DNA from: Candidatus Aenigmatarchaeota archaeon | GTDB lineage: Archaea > Aenigmatarchaeota > Aenigmatarchaeia > GW2011-AR5 | Reading direction: 5' to 3' | Length of the DNA: 57,956 nucleotides | Assembly (NCBI GenBank): GCA_018304585.1 | Contig: JAGVVY010000030.1 | Span: forward strand, 21,434 to 79,389 | In this document: one piece after another, positions 25,636 through 34,217 of the stretch | Numbering within the stretch: the first letter of the stretch is position 1 | Layout: each line of letters opens with the position of its first letter | Position numbers and translations under genes: made by a program | The notes under the pieces: model-generated | Seen by the model: only the letters and a program-made list of their open reading frames with translations | The model's database searches: none | Told to the model about the DNA's origin: nothing

Positions 25636-26133
25636 TCACTTCTTTTCCTCAGCTGTCACAAAATAGACCGCGGCAAGGAGTATAAGGCCCCAGAATATCA
25701 TGGTCGCGGTCTGACTGTCTATCTTGAGCCCAGGTATATTGCCTCCGGACGAGAAGAACAATGCCGCGCCTACTACAAGAACGATCAGGAGTATTATCCA
25801 GTTTCTCATGGAGCCATTAGCGCCCATAAGATTCTGGCCTACCATCTGAAGGAACATGACAAACACAAGTATTCCTACGGCAAGCACGACAAAGTTGCCG
25901 AGCAGGCTCATGAAGAATGCTGCCATCTGCGGGCCTGCTGCCGCAGTCACGAAGAATGCAAATATGAGTGAAAGCGCAATATTCGCCTTGGCTTTCAGAT
26001 CCCCGAAAACGCTAAGCTTGTCAAGCAGGCCAAACGTTATCACGAACGTGAAGACCCACGGAAGCAGGAAGTTGAAGAAATCCGCGCCTAGCATTTGCGC
26101 AGGATTTATACCGAACTGGAAAAGTACCATCAT
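25636..26133 (-). CDS. 4-TM membrane protein, paralog B
   Basis: MMVLFQFGINPAQMLGADFFNFLLPWVFTFV... is closely similar to paralog C. Confidence 0.75.
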   Translation of the reverse strand: MMVLFQFGINPAQMLGADFFNFLLPWVFTFVITFGLLDKLSVFGDLKAKANIALSLIFAFFVTAAAGPQMAAFFMSLLGNFVVLAVGILVFVMFLQMVGQNLMGANGSMRNWIILLIVLVVGAALFFSSGGNIPGLKIDSQTATMIFWGLILLAAVYFVTAEEKK

Positions 26134-26140
26134 GAGTCAC

Positions 26141-26716
26141 CTAATGAGCGCCGTGGCCTCCGTCAGCAGGAGGATGCGCTGCGCCTCCTCCGCCCCCGCC
26201 GCTTGGCGCGGCAGGCTTCTTTTCTTCGGCTTTGCGCTGAGTCACATAAATCACAGCGCCGCCAAGTATCACGCCCCAGAATATGAGGGTGGCGGTCTGC
26301 TGGTCAAGCTGGAAGCCGGGAATCCGGCCGCCTGAAGATAGGAACATCACTACGGCCACTATCACGGTGACCCAGAACAGCAACGTGCCGGGCAACTGCT
26401 CCAGCCCCTTGCCGGTGACCATGGTTACGAACATCGCAAGTATGAGGACTCCTGTAATGTAGACCGCTGCGTTGCCGAAGAATTCCATGAAGAATCCGGC
26501 AAGCTGCGGGCCTGCCGAAGCTGTCACGAAGAACGCGAAAACAAAGGCAAGCGCAAGGCTTATCTTTTGCTTTAGCGGATCGCTGAATATCTTCAGGTTC
26601 ATGAGAAGCACATAAGAAAGCACGAACGTCAGCACCCACGGCAACAGGAAGTTGAAGAAATCCGAGCCGAAAACTTGGGCAGGATTGAAAGCAAGCTGAA
26701 ACAGTACCATGAGCAT
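26141..26716 (-). CDS. 4-TM membrane protein, paralog C, with a Gly/His-rich tail
   Basis: MLMVLFQLAFNPAQVFGSDFFNFLLPWVLTFV...; tail PSGGGGGGAAHPPADGGHGAH. Confidence 0.75.
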   Translation of the reverse strand: MLMVLFQLAFNPAQVFGSDFFNFLLPWVLTFVLSYVLLMNLKIFSDPLKQKISLALAFVFAFFVTASAGPQLAGFFMEFFGNAAVYITGVLILAMFVTMVTGKGLEQLPGTLLFWVTVIVAVVMFLSSGGRIPGFQLDQQTATLIFWGVILGGAVIYVTQRKAEEKKPAAPSGGGGGGAAHPPADGGHGAH

Positions 26717-26771
26717 CCCTTCTTACTTAATTGCGCCTCAACCTTATATATTTGCTTTTAGTGCAACGTAG

Positions 26772-26981
26772 TCATTGGAAGTTTCTTATATCCCATTTTT
26801 TAGGGCAGCATTTCGGGCTTCCTTTTCCTTCTACCTGCATGGCATTATGGTCGGACGGATCCTGCGATTGGTATGGCTTGCTTATCCTGAAAGCCCTGAA
26901 TAGAATCTTGTCGTTGAGCTCGTTCAGGAGAATCCATTTGTTTTTTCCTATCTGTTTCACGGGCAGAGGAACGGTATCCAT
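26772..26981 (-). CDS. Small hypothetical protein (69 aa)
   Basis: Its ATG immediately follows the upstream stop (TGAATG). No recognisable motif. Confidence 0.4.
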   Translation of the reverse strand: MDTVPLPVKQIGKNKWILLNELNDKILFRAFRISKPYQSQDPSDHNAMQVEGKGSPKCCPKKWDIRNFQ

Positions 26982-27356
26982 TCACTCCACTTCCTTTATC
27001 CCGCGTGATTTCAGTTTTTTCATGATTGCGTTTATCTGGCCAAAAGGCAGGTTAGTCGCCTGATAAATATCCACTATATCTATTTCTTCTTCGCCATCCT
27101 CTCTCCTGCTTTTTATGAACTCTATAATGGATGTTTCTGCGACTCGGTCAGAAACGGGATTGAAAGGCGCGTTTTGGAGTTTATTTACCTCCTCCTCAAG
27201 AAAGGATACTCTGGATTCCAGAAAATCCACGTATGCCTTGAATTTGAGGGGTATTGCTATCGGGATGCCGTCAAAGACGACGCTCGCCTCGCCGTAATAA
27301 TCGCGGGTTTCCCTCGCCCTTATGTCATTTATATTTTCAGCGTCCATTCCCGTCAC
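26982..27356 (-). CDS. Coiled-coil plus C-terminal winged-helix-like protein
   Basis: ...SRVSFLEEEVNKLQ... then SIIEFIKSRREDGEEEIDIVDIYQATNLPFGQINAIMKKLKSRGIKEVE. GTG at 27356 or ATG at 27347. Confidence 0.55.
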   Translation of the reverse strand: MTGMDAENINDIRARETRDYYGEASVVFDGIPIAIPLKFKAYVDFLESRVSFLEEEVNKLQNAPFNPVSDRVAETSIIEFIKSRREDGEEEIDIVDIYQATNLPFGQINAIMKKLKSRGIKEVE

Positions 27357-27606
27357 TTTCCAGCACTTTTATCATTTTTTGAAGCGTTTCTTCGTCCCGT
27401 GAGAATACGTGAACGATTCTTTCCTCTATCTCTTTTTGATTCTCATGGTTTATAGTTATTGGCGTGGCAGGCTCTTTTATAAGCACAAGCCCTACAGGAA
27501 TCACGGATTTTCCGAATTCTGCCGATAGTTTTTCCGTGAATTTTTTGTTCAAAACGTCCGCTATTTGAAACCCTTCAAAGCTGACTCTTTCGGTTCTGGC
27601 TGGCAT
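27337..27606 (-). CDS. Small hypothetical protein (89 aa)
   Basis: ATG start, co-directional, overlaps the next gene by 11-20 nt. Confidence 0.5.
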   Translation of the reverse strand: MPARTERVSFEGFQIADVLNKKFTEKLSAEFGKSVIPVGLVLIKEPATPITINHENQKEIEERIVHVFSRDEETLQKMIKVLESDGNGR

Positions 27607-27674
27607 ATATACACTCGTGTCAATATCTATATAACGGCCGGAAGGCTTAAAATCGTATGTCCGGGTTTTTACGC

Positions 27675-28124
27675 CTACTTCCCGGCGTACTTGCCTTGCA
27701 TGTGGACTATATAGAAGATAAGGGCTATGACTGCAATCCCCACAATCCAGAGAACATTGTCCGTCGACAGGTATTTGGGCAGGAAAGGGGTTATTTTATC
27801 CCATAAAAGCGCCAGCAGGATGAGCGAAACGGCAAGGCCCATACCCGTTGACGTCATGTCCTTCTCGCCAAGCTTGCCGGCCAGATCCTTGAAGAAGAAT
27901 ATGCCGAAGAATATGATTATCAGTATAACGGCGACCGGCAGAAATTCCTGCAACCCGATGACGAGGGGCTGATAGAGCGATGCAAAGAGCGCGATTGCCA
28001 AAGCAAGCACGGCATTGACATTTCTTTCCGCTATTTTGGTCTTGTTCAGCAGGAAGAAGACGATGGCGAAAACAAACAGGAACGCTGCCACGAATGGCGC
28101 AGTCTGCGGGTCAATGAATGCCAT
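27675..28124 (-). CDS. 4-TM membrane protein, paralog D
   Basis: Start taken at MAFIDPQTAPFVAAFLFVFAIVFFLLNKTKIAE, 4 nt after the upstream stop. Same TM1-LL.KTK motif as paralog A. Confidence 0.7.
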   Translation of the reverse strand: MAFIDPQTAPFVAAFLFVFAIVFFLLNKTKIAERNVNAVLALAIALFASLYQPLVIGLQEFLPVAVILIIIFFGIFFFKDLAGKLGEKDMTSTGMGLAVSLILLALLWDKITPFLPKYLSTDNVLWIVGIAVIALIFYIVHMQGKYAGK

Positions 28125-28128
28125 AAAA

Positions 28129-28857
28129 TTACACCGCCACCGGGGAAGGCGTTGGGTCATAGCGCTTCTGTTGTTCAATCAAATGATGCAAGCCCTGCAT
28201 ATAAGAAAGCTGCTGCTGGAGCGACTGCGCCAGCCTGTCATTATGCTCGGTTCTTGCCTCGTTGTACTGCGTGTTCAACGCAGCTATCGCCTTCGATAAT
28301 ATCGTTTTCTGCTCGTTGTAAGTTCTTGCCCCCCGCAAAAGCTCGATCGTTATTCCTGCCTCGCCTGCTGCCATTGACGATGCCACTGCAGCTCCGGGCA
28401 TGCCATGTGCGCCGCCTCCGCCAGCCGCGGCTGCGCCCGCCGGCGGAGTGCCCCTCCTTATCCAGACGTGGCTCACTAAATACGCCAAAAGCCCCCATAT
28501 CATCAGCACTATGAGGAAGTATGCCTGCGCTATGTAGGCGAATATCTTGAAGTAGCCGCCAAAGATGATGAACATATAGAGCGTTATGTCCATGAGGAGT
28601 ATGAGCTTGGGCTTGTCCGCTATCTTTGCCGCGACAAGATGGATTATAAGTATTGCGAAAGCAGTGGGCACAAAGAAGAACATGACAAGGTTATTGACGA
28701 TGTTGCCGGTGAACGGAGCGCCGGGGTATTCTGTCATCTTGAGGAAGTCTCGGAACAGAAGCTCCCCGATATCAATATTCTGGAAGCCCTGTGCAAGCGT
28801 GGCTGCAGGCATGAGTGCCAGTAGCAATGCGAGCAGCAGAACACGATTCATCTCCAT
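28129..28857 (-). CDS. Membrane protein, paralog E, with signal peptide, Gly/Ala-rich linker and C-terminal coiled coil
   Basis: MEMNRVLLLALLLALMPAATLAQG; TM blocks; RRGTPPAGAAAAGGGGAHGMPGAAV; ...LNTQYNEARTEHNDRLAQSLQQQLSYMQGLHHLIEQQ. Confidence 0.75.
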   Translation of the reverse strand: MEMNRVLLLALLLALMPAATLAQGFQNIDIGELLFRDFLKMTEYPGAPFTGNIVNNLVMFFFVPTAFAILIIHLVAAKIADKPKLILLMDITLYMFIIFGGYFKIFAYIAQAYFLIVLMIWGLLAYLVSHVWIRRGTPPAGAAAAGGGGAHGMPGAAVASSMAAGEAGITIELLRGARTYNEQKTILSKAIAALNTQYNEARTEHNDRLAQSLQQQLSYMQGLHHLIEQQKRYDPTPSPVAV

Positions 28858-28902
28858 ATTATGGTTTGCTGGGATAAAAAGATTAATTAAGAGTCGTATT
28901 TA

Positions 28903-29835
28903 TTATTGTAATAGGTATTCTGAATGGAATTTATTGGCGAGCGATTTCATTGCAATTCCTAAGAATCTGCTTTTTTGCGGTTCGTCTGCCATTCTTGCTT
29001 TATCATAGAATGACTTGGCTATATAAAAACCAGCATTATTCTTATCTACAGCATATCGATTTAGTGCATTTTCTAGGGATTCTACTATCTGCCTTTGGGG
29101 TAACAAATCAGAAAAGTGAAAATATGTATTGGACACAAGAGAACCTAGGTCCTCATCTGCAATACCCCATCTACTTCCATTAAAATCTATTCCATACAGG
29201 TCTGATTGGCCTTGGGTTGATGGCTCATAAAAAATATGAATTGGGCTGTTGTCCCCATGTAAGTATGCGCGATCAGATGAGCCTTGTTTTCTTCCATAAT
29301 CTTCAACTGCTTTTCCAAGATTAATCAAATCTCGACTTGCCGACCGAGCGATATCTAGTTTTAACCTTTCCATAAACTCTTTCCATGATTGCGTTTGGGA
29401 AACGGTATAACTGGTTCTTTCTTTAGCTCCATGAAAATAATCTGTCCATGAAAACATATCATTAACAGCCTGCGAAAGCTCAATCTTATCACTTTTTATT
29501 TTTTCTAACACGGTTGGCCCGAATAATCTTTGTTCGACCAATAACGGCATAGTATGAGAATAAGCAATCAGGTTAGGCACCTTATATCTTGATTTATCGT
29601 TACTTCTGGACTGGAAAGATAGAAGAGCTTCAGCTTCCTTTGAAACGGCTCTTTTCCTTACGGGATTCTCATCCAACGGGGCTTTGGCTATCAGTCCTTG
29701 GTAGCTACCATCAGGAGTGACGTAAAGGGCTACGATATTATCAAATGTGTAATGTGTAGTATCCAGTGTGGCAGAAGGCTCTACAGACTGTACAAATTTA
29801 GTAATTCTTTCAAGGGGAACCGCCATATCAAGCAC
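28903..29835 (-). CDS. Protein-kinase-like/aminoglycoside-phosphotransferase-fold protein
   Basis: GLIAK (Lys), YLHGDNSPIHIF (catalytic-loop-like HGD), LYGIDFNGS (DFG-like). Low-GC segment. Confidence 0.65.
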   Translation of the reverse strand: MLDMAVPLERITKFVQSVEPSATLDTTHYTFDNIVALYVTPDGSYQGLIAKAPLDENPVRKRAVSKEAEALLSFQSRSNDKSRYKVPNLIAYSHTMPLLVEQRLFGPTVLEKIKSDKIELSQAVNDMFSWTDYFHGAKERTSYTVSQTQSWKEFMERLKLDIARSASRDLINLGKAVEDYGRKQGSSDRAYLHGDNSPIHIFYEPSTQGQSDLYGIDFNGSRWGIADEDLGSLVSNTYFHFSDLLPQRQIVESLENALNRYAVDKNNAGFYIAKSFYDKARMADEPQKSRFLGIAMKSLANKFHSEYLLQ

Positions 29836-31207
29836 CTCTCCCAGCTTCTTGCATATACATTTTTCCTATATCCCTATATGCCTGACCCTCAGATATTTCT
29901 CCTAGGGATAGACATAAACGGCCGAACTCCTTCATTTCATCGGGATTTCTTGGTTGATATCTGATAGATTTCAGATAGGATCCAAAAATATCGGTAATAT
30001 TGGTATTGGGATTTCTGAACATGTTTTCTACCATAGTAGTTATGTATAGGCCGAGAACTCCATCAATAATCTTATCGGATGAATATCTTGATACGACCGC
30101 ATCTTTGACCCTATCCGCATTCCTCTGTGCCTCGACTGGATTTGATGCCACATAGTTCAATCGTTCCTGCAGTTGGGGTACATTTCCAGGCTGAACGCCA
30201 TATGCATACCACGGTTTGACAAAAACATCGCCCATCCCGTCTATATCACTAGCTATAACTGGTTTTCCTAACATCATGCCTTCTAAAGCGCTAAGCCCGA
30301 ATGATTCATAATAACTTGGCAGTACTACCATATCGGACGCCATGTACTCCGAAGCAAGATGAGATCTATCATTTATCCATCCTTCGAAAAATACATCGTT
30401 TCTGTATTCGGGCTTTACTCTGCTTTTTATGACATCGGGTACACTGGGGTCTGGGCTTCCTCCAACATATACAAGTTTTAATTCAGGTTTAGTCTCTTTA
30501 GCACGGCTGAATGCATCTGCCAAATCAAGAACGCCCTTGTCTTTGTGAAGTCTGCCGGTATAAAGCACCATTGTACCATTGCCAAATTTTTGTCTCAATT
30601 CAGCAGCTCTTGCAGCTACATCTTTTCTTTCGGCCATTTTGTATATATCAGAGCCGTTGGGGATCAAGATAGATTTTTGTGCATATTCTGGGAAATATCT
30701 TCTATATATTTCCTCCCCGACCCTTGTCATGTTTGTTACTTTGTCTGATTCGCGAACTATTGGTAATTGAGATGATTTCATGTTTTCAAGCTGCCTTGCT
30801 TGCACATGAGGCGGAAGACCCTCAAAGATTTTTTTATTTGCAGCATTACTGTTTAAAATATCATGAGGCGCAATAGAATGCGCAGTATAAATGAGGGGAG
30901 CTTGCGAGGACTGGCGTCTCATTTTTACTATCTCATCCCCCGTGAAAGTGATTAAATGAGAATGGATAGTCATATATTCAGGAAGCAGACCTGATTCTAT
31001 GAAATCGTTAACATCACGGAATTCTTGAGTTCCGGTAGGTGTCTGAAGATATGGTCTTTTTCCAAAATTGTGATATAAAATATCTGTTTGCGTTCCCCGT
31101 TCTTCAAAGCCATTTTTGAGTCCTTTAACTACAGTATCGGCTCCGCCACTACCGTCCCATCCGATAAGAAGTATTTTGTCTGGATGCTTTGCCATTTTAA
31201 ATATCAC
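29828..31207 (-). CDS. Glycosyltransferase family 4 (459 aa)
   Basis: ILLIGWDGSGGADTVV...; LYTGRL...KG; PSYYESFGLSALEGMMLGKPVIASD. 8-nt overlap with the downstream kinase-like gene. Confidence 0.85.
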   Translation of the reverse strand: MIFKMAKHPDKILLIGWDGSGGADTVVKGLKNGFEERGTQTDILYHNFGKRPYLQTPTGTQEFRDVNDFIESGLLPEYMTIHSHLITFTGDEIVKMRRQSSQAPLIYTAHSIAPHDILNSNAANKKIFEGLPPHVQARQLENMKSSQLPIVRESDKVTNMTRVGEEIYRRYFPEYAQKSILIPNGSDIYKMAERKDVAARAAELRQKFGNGTMVLYTGRLHKDKGVLDLADAFSRAKETKPELKLVYVGGSPDPSVPDVIKSRVKPEYRNDVFFEGWINDRSHLASEYMASDMVVLPSYYESFGLSALEGMMLGKPVIASDIDGMGDVFVKPWYAYGVQPGNVPQLQERLNYVASNPVEAQRNADRVKDAVVSRYSSDKIIDGVLGLYITTMVENMFRNPNTNITDIFGSYLKSIRYQPRNPDEMKEFGRLCLSLGEISEGQAYRDIGKMYMQEAGRGA

Positions 31208-31657
31208 CTATGGACCTCTCGAAGCTATAATCCTGCGAAGAAGACCGCTGATTGGATCAGGTGGATTTACTGGTACTGGAGGATAGCTGATTCTTCCTGC
31301 ATATGGCGTATATCCATGAGGATATCCATACATATAAGGTCCGCCTGCGTACAATCCAGGATAATTATATAACCCCGGATAATCATGACCTGCTCTATAA
31401 GGCGCCGCCTCATGCAGCACTGTTATATATCCAGGCGCCTGGAAGTAAGGATGTTCGAATGAAGGCAACTGTATGTAGAGTTGAGGAGGCATTCCTTCGG
31501 CTGAAAATGACATGCCGAGGGCCCCGAACATGCCGCGGTTGTCGGGATTAGCTAGATATTGAGCTAATGCTTCTCTCTCGAACCCTACGAATGCGGCAAG
31601 ATGCGGGCTCCATACGCCCATGCCTTGCGGAACAGTAGCCTCTTGTACGGCCATCAT
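31208..31657 (-). CDS. Tyr/Pro/Gly-rich low-complexity protein
   Basis: ...HDYPGLYNYPGLYAGGPYMYGYPHGYTPYAGRISYPPVPVNPPDP... Abuts the GT4 start. Confidence 0.55.
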   Translation of the reverse strand: MMAVQEATVPQGMGVWSPHLAAFVGFEREALAQYLANPDNRGMFGALGMSFSAEGMPPQLYIQLPSFEHPYFQAPGYITVLHEAAPYRAGHDYPGLYNYPGLYAGGPYMYGYPHGYTPYAGRISYPPVPVNPPDPISGLLRRIIASRGP

Positions 31658-32226
31658 TCATCCCCTCCTGATGCGTAGTGCATAGTTTCAAGCGGGTCTG
31701 CTTTCGCTGCAATCGCCGCCGCTGCGTAGTCTTTCGCGAGTTCGACTATAGGACGAAGCTCGTCATTCTTGTGGTTCTGCACAAAATTGCTGAATATCTT
31801 TGCGTCCTCGGATTCAGGATGAGTATAAGACAAAACGGCCCTGTTGAACAGAACGTTAAGGCCGACTATTGATTCATCATCCATCTTGTCAGGATCCTGG
31901 CTGGCTATTTCATAGTCAGATATCCTGTCATGATCATAACCTATTGAGTGGGCGTATTCGTGCCTGCCTATAAGGCTTCTGTATATTTCCGGTATCGGCT
32001 TTCCGCCAAGCATCTCGGCTATCCAGGTCTTGCCTGTCGCTTTGTCATAGCTGCCTACAGGGAAGTCGAGAAGGCTTTCAGGGCTGTCTCCGAAGTAGAC
32101 TCCCGGGTGCTTCTTGTTATGTTCTGCATCGTACTCGGTTATCATTGCCCTTCTCTGCGGACCGCGCACCAAAGGCAGAAGTTCCGCATCAAACGGGCTT
32201 ATCATAGGTCTTTTGTATGGCATCAT
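31654..32226 (-). CDS. Putative HExxH zinc-metallopeptidase-like protein
   Basis: LIGRHEYAHSIGYDHD contains an HExxH motif. No signal peptide. 4-nt overlap with the next gene. Confidence 0.5.
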   Translation of the reverse strand: MMPYKRPMISPFDAELLPLVRGPQRRAMITEYDAEHNKKHPGVYFGDSPESLLDFPVGSYDKATGKTWIAEMLGGKPIPEIYRSLIGRHEYAHSIGYDHDRISDYEIASQDPDKMDDESIVGLNVLFNRAVLSYTHPESEDAKIFSNFVQNHKNDELRPIVELAKDYAAAAIAAKADPLETMHYASGGDE

Positions 32227-32297
32227 TTTTCATCACTATTCAGTTACTATAGTCTTTGCAATATATAAAGATTTCGCTACTATAGAGTAGTTAAATA

Positions 32298-33053
32298 TTA
32301 TAGCTTATTTTTGCCCTTTTGAAGCGGTTTCTTGGCATTTCTGTGTGTATCAATTGAATTCTTAAAAATCTTTTTTCCTATCTCCACTCCCATTCTTCCG
32401 GCGGTAATGCTCGGTCCTACATATTGCGCGTCTACCCTATCCTGAGATGGAAATACATCCTGCGGCAATTGTCCTGCGATTGTGTTTGCCTGCTCCCAAA
32501 TATCATAACCTGCAGCCCCAACTGTGGCACCAAATCCAAACGCTATAGCATTTTCGTACCAAGTAAGAGGCATGCCTTTCTTATTTTCGTATACACGTCT
32601 TGCTATTTCCCCTGCCCCTAATGAAAGAACTGCCATAGGCGATATGCTTGCAAGATAATTATCAGGATTGTCTCTAATCAAACCCCATGCAGCTAAACTG
32701 CCTGCCATTGTCGCTGCAGGCAGCCATGCATTTTTTGATCTCTTTGCGACTTTCATAGTAGCTTGTTTTGAATTTTTTACAAAGTCAGTCATGGCATATG
32801 CAGCCTTGTAACCTAAGGGCATCAAAGCGCCCCTTGCCGCATACCCTAAACGTGATTCCCAGTCTTCTTTTCCTTTACCCTGAAAAAATGCGGGATTGTA
32901 TCCATTATTATCCATTTTGTCTACGTATCCTGCTGCCATTCCGCCAATTGGTGAGAAAGGAATACTAAAATAATCTATAGCTCCTAGAGAAACATTCTTT
33001 GCAGCTTTAGCTATGTTTGTCACTGCTTTCTCAGCATATTGGTTAAAACCCAT
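32298..33053 (-). CDS. Gly/Ala-rich membrane-associated protein
   Basis: 251 aa with small-residue-rich hydrophobic stretches (LPAATMAGSLAAWGL, AFGFGATVGAAGY) and a basic tail. Confidence 0.55.
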   Translation of the reverse strand: MGFNQYAEKAVTNIAKAAKNVSLGAIDYFSIPFSPIGGMAAGYVDKMDNNGYNPAFFQGKGKEDWESRLGYAARGALMPLGYKAAYAMTDFVKNSKQATMKVAKRSKNAWLPAATMAGSLAAWGLIRDNPDNYLASISPMAVLSLGAGEIARRVYENKKGMPLTWYENAIAFGFGATVGAAGYDIWEQANTIAGQLPQDVFPSQDRVDAQYVGPSITAGRMGVEIGKKIFKNSIDTHRNAKKPLQKGKNKL

Positions 33054-33054
33054 T

Positions 33055-33171
33055 TCATCGCCTTTTTTCTGTTCCGCAGAAACCGCAGAACTTCAGGCCG
33101 CGGCTCTCTACGTAGCGGCCCTTGAAGCCGTCTCCGCAGTAGTGTACGTCTCTGAATATGTTCTTTTTCAT
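33055..33171 (-). CDS. 38-aa Cys-containing micro-ORF (zinc-ribbon-like)
   Basis: Hand-translated as MKKNIFRDVHYCGDGFKGRYVESRGLKFCGFCGTEKRR*. Its stop lies 1 nt before the next start. Confidence 0.35.
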   Translation of the reverse strand: MKKNIFRDVHYCGDGFKGRYVESRGLKFCGFCGTEKRR

Positions 33172-33194
33172 TTCATTCACCCTTTAATATGATA

Positions 33195-33608
33195 TTACGG
33201 ATACCTTTGGCGTATCGCTTCTCTTATTCCGTGCCATCCCGCGCCTGCAATGACCCCGGCGGCTACAGGCGGCACTCCGAGAGCAAATCTAGTGTCAGGA
33301 ATAAGATTGTTTGCTATCTCGCCAAGAGAATAGCCTCCAACTCCGGCAACTATTGCGCCTATGGCAGGAATTCCTTCTTTTGGGTTATCCTTTGCAAATC
33401 TGCAGAGTTCTTTAGCGTAAAAGCCTGAGGTACCTAGCACAGCGGCGTTGACATAAGGCGCGGTGCCGTCTGCGATGCATCCGATTCCAAGACCTATTAT
33501 GCCGAGACCTGCAGCAGGTCCGGCCCGGGATTTATGCTCCCATAGATAGCTGACAGTAGGTTTTAGGGCATGCTGATAAGCATTCTTTGCGAGGACTTTG
33601 ATATTCAT
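33195..33608 (-). CDS. Glycine-zipper membrane protein
   Basis: AAGLGIIGLGIGCIADG, AIGAIVAGVGGYSLG and VAAGVIAGAGWHG (GxxxG-type zippers). Confidence 0.6.
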   Translation of the reverse strand: MNIKVLAKNAYQHALKPTVSYLWEHKSRAGPAAGLGIIGLGIGCIADGTAPYVNAAVLGTSGFYAKELCRFAKDNPKEGIPAIGAIVAGVGGYSLGEIANNLIPDTRFALGVPPVAAGVIAGAGWHGIREAIRQRYP

Positions 33609-33708
33609 GCTATTTACTACTTTTTAATGATATATAAAGCTTACTCCTTCTGAATATATATCTGAGGCAATAGAAGTCTTTAAATACTACTAAACAGTGA
33701 TAATAAGA

Positions 33709-34185
33709 ATGTTATACGTTCATGAAGACGTGCCCGATGCGGTTTCGGGTCTGTTTCTCCCAAAAGAACAGGAGTATATGAATGTACTTCACAGGCTCTA
33801 TCAGAAATTTCTTGACCCGCCCTCTCCGGGACAAATGACAGGGTTTGGCCAGTGCGAAGCAGTCTCGAGTACCGTAGCATTGGCGCTCAAGTACAGGGGA
33901 AAGAATGTCGGCCTTGTACATGGAACTACCCGGCCGGCAAATTCCGAACTCCCTGTTGGCCACTGGTGGATAGAGATTGACGGCTACAGCGCGGATTTGA
34001 CGAACGTCCAGACAGGGTCGGATTATATGATGAAAATAATACCGTCCTCCATGGAAACGGAACAGAACCTGATGCGGGCAGGCGTTTACAGGGAGATACC
34101 GGAAATGCTCACGCGTATGATGGAATACTACGGTCTTCACGGGAGGCCTATTCAGGATCTTTTCAATCTTTTCAGGAACGAATAA
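33709..34185 (+). CDS. Hypothetical protein, possible Cys-His-Asp (transglutaminase/papain-like) fold
   Basis: GQCEAVS...VGHWWIEIDGYSADL spacing resembles Cys...His...Asp peptidase cores; weak evidence. The antisense ORF 33712..34218 was rejected on composition. Confidence 0.45.
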   Translation: MLYVHEDVPDAVSGLFLPKEQEYMNVLHRLYQKFLDPPSPGQMTGFGQCEAVSSTVALALKYRGKNVGLVHGTTRPANSELPVGHWWIEIDGYSADLTNVQTGSDYMMKIIPSSMETEQNLMRAGVYREIPEMLTRMMEYYGLHGRPIQDLFNLFRNE

Positions 34186-34217
34186 GCTGGCAATGGGATT
34201 AAATTTTCGAGAAAACA

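Noticed and set aside
23228-34185. The idea that the 23-34 kb accessory block (TA module, unknown membrane proteins, low-GC genes) is an integrated virus or plasmid.
   Set aside because: There is no integrase, no capsid, portal or terminase-like ORF, no replication initiator, and no flanking att-like direct repeats or tRNA target. Only the 28.9-31.2 kb segment shows compositional deviation.
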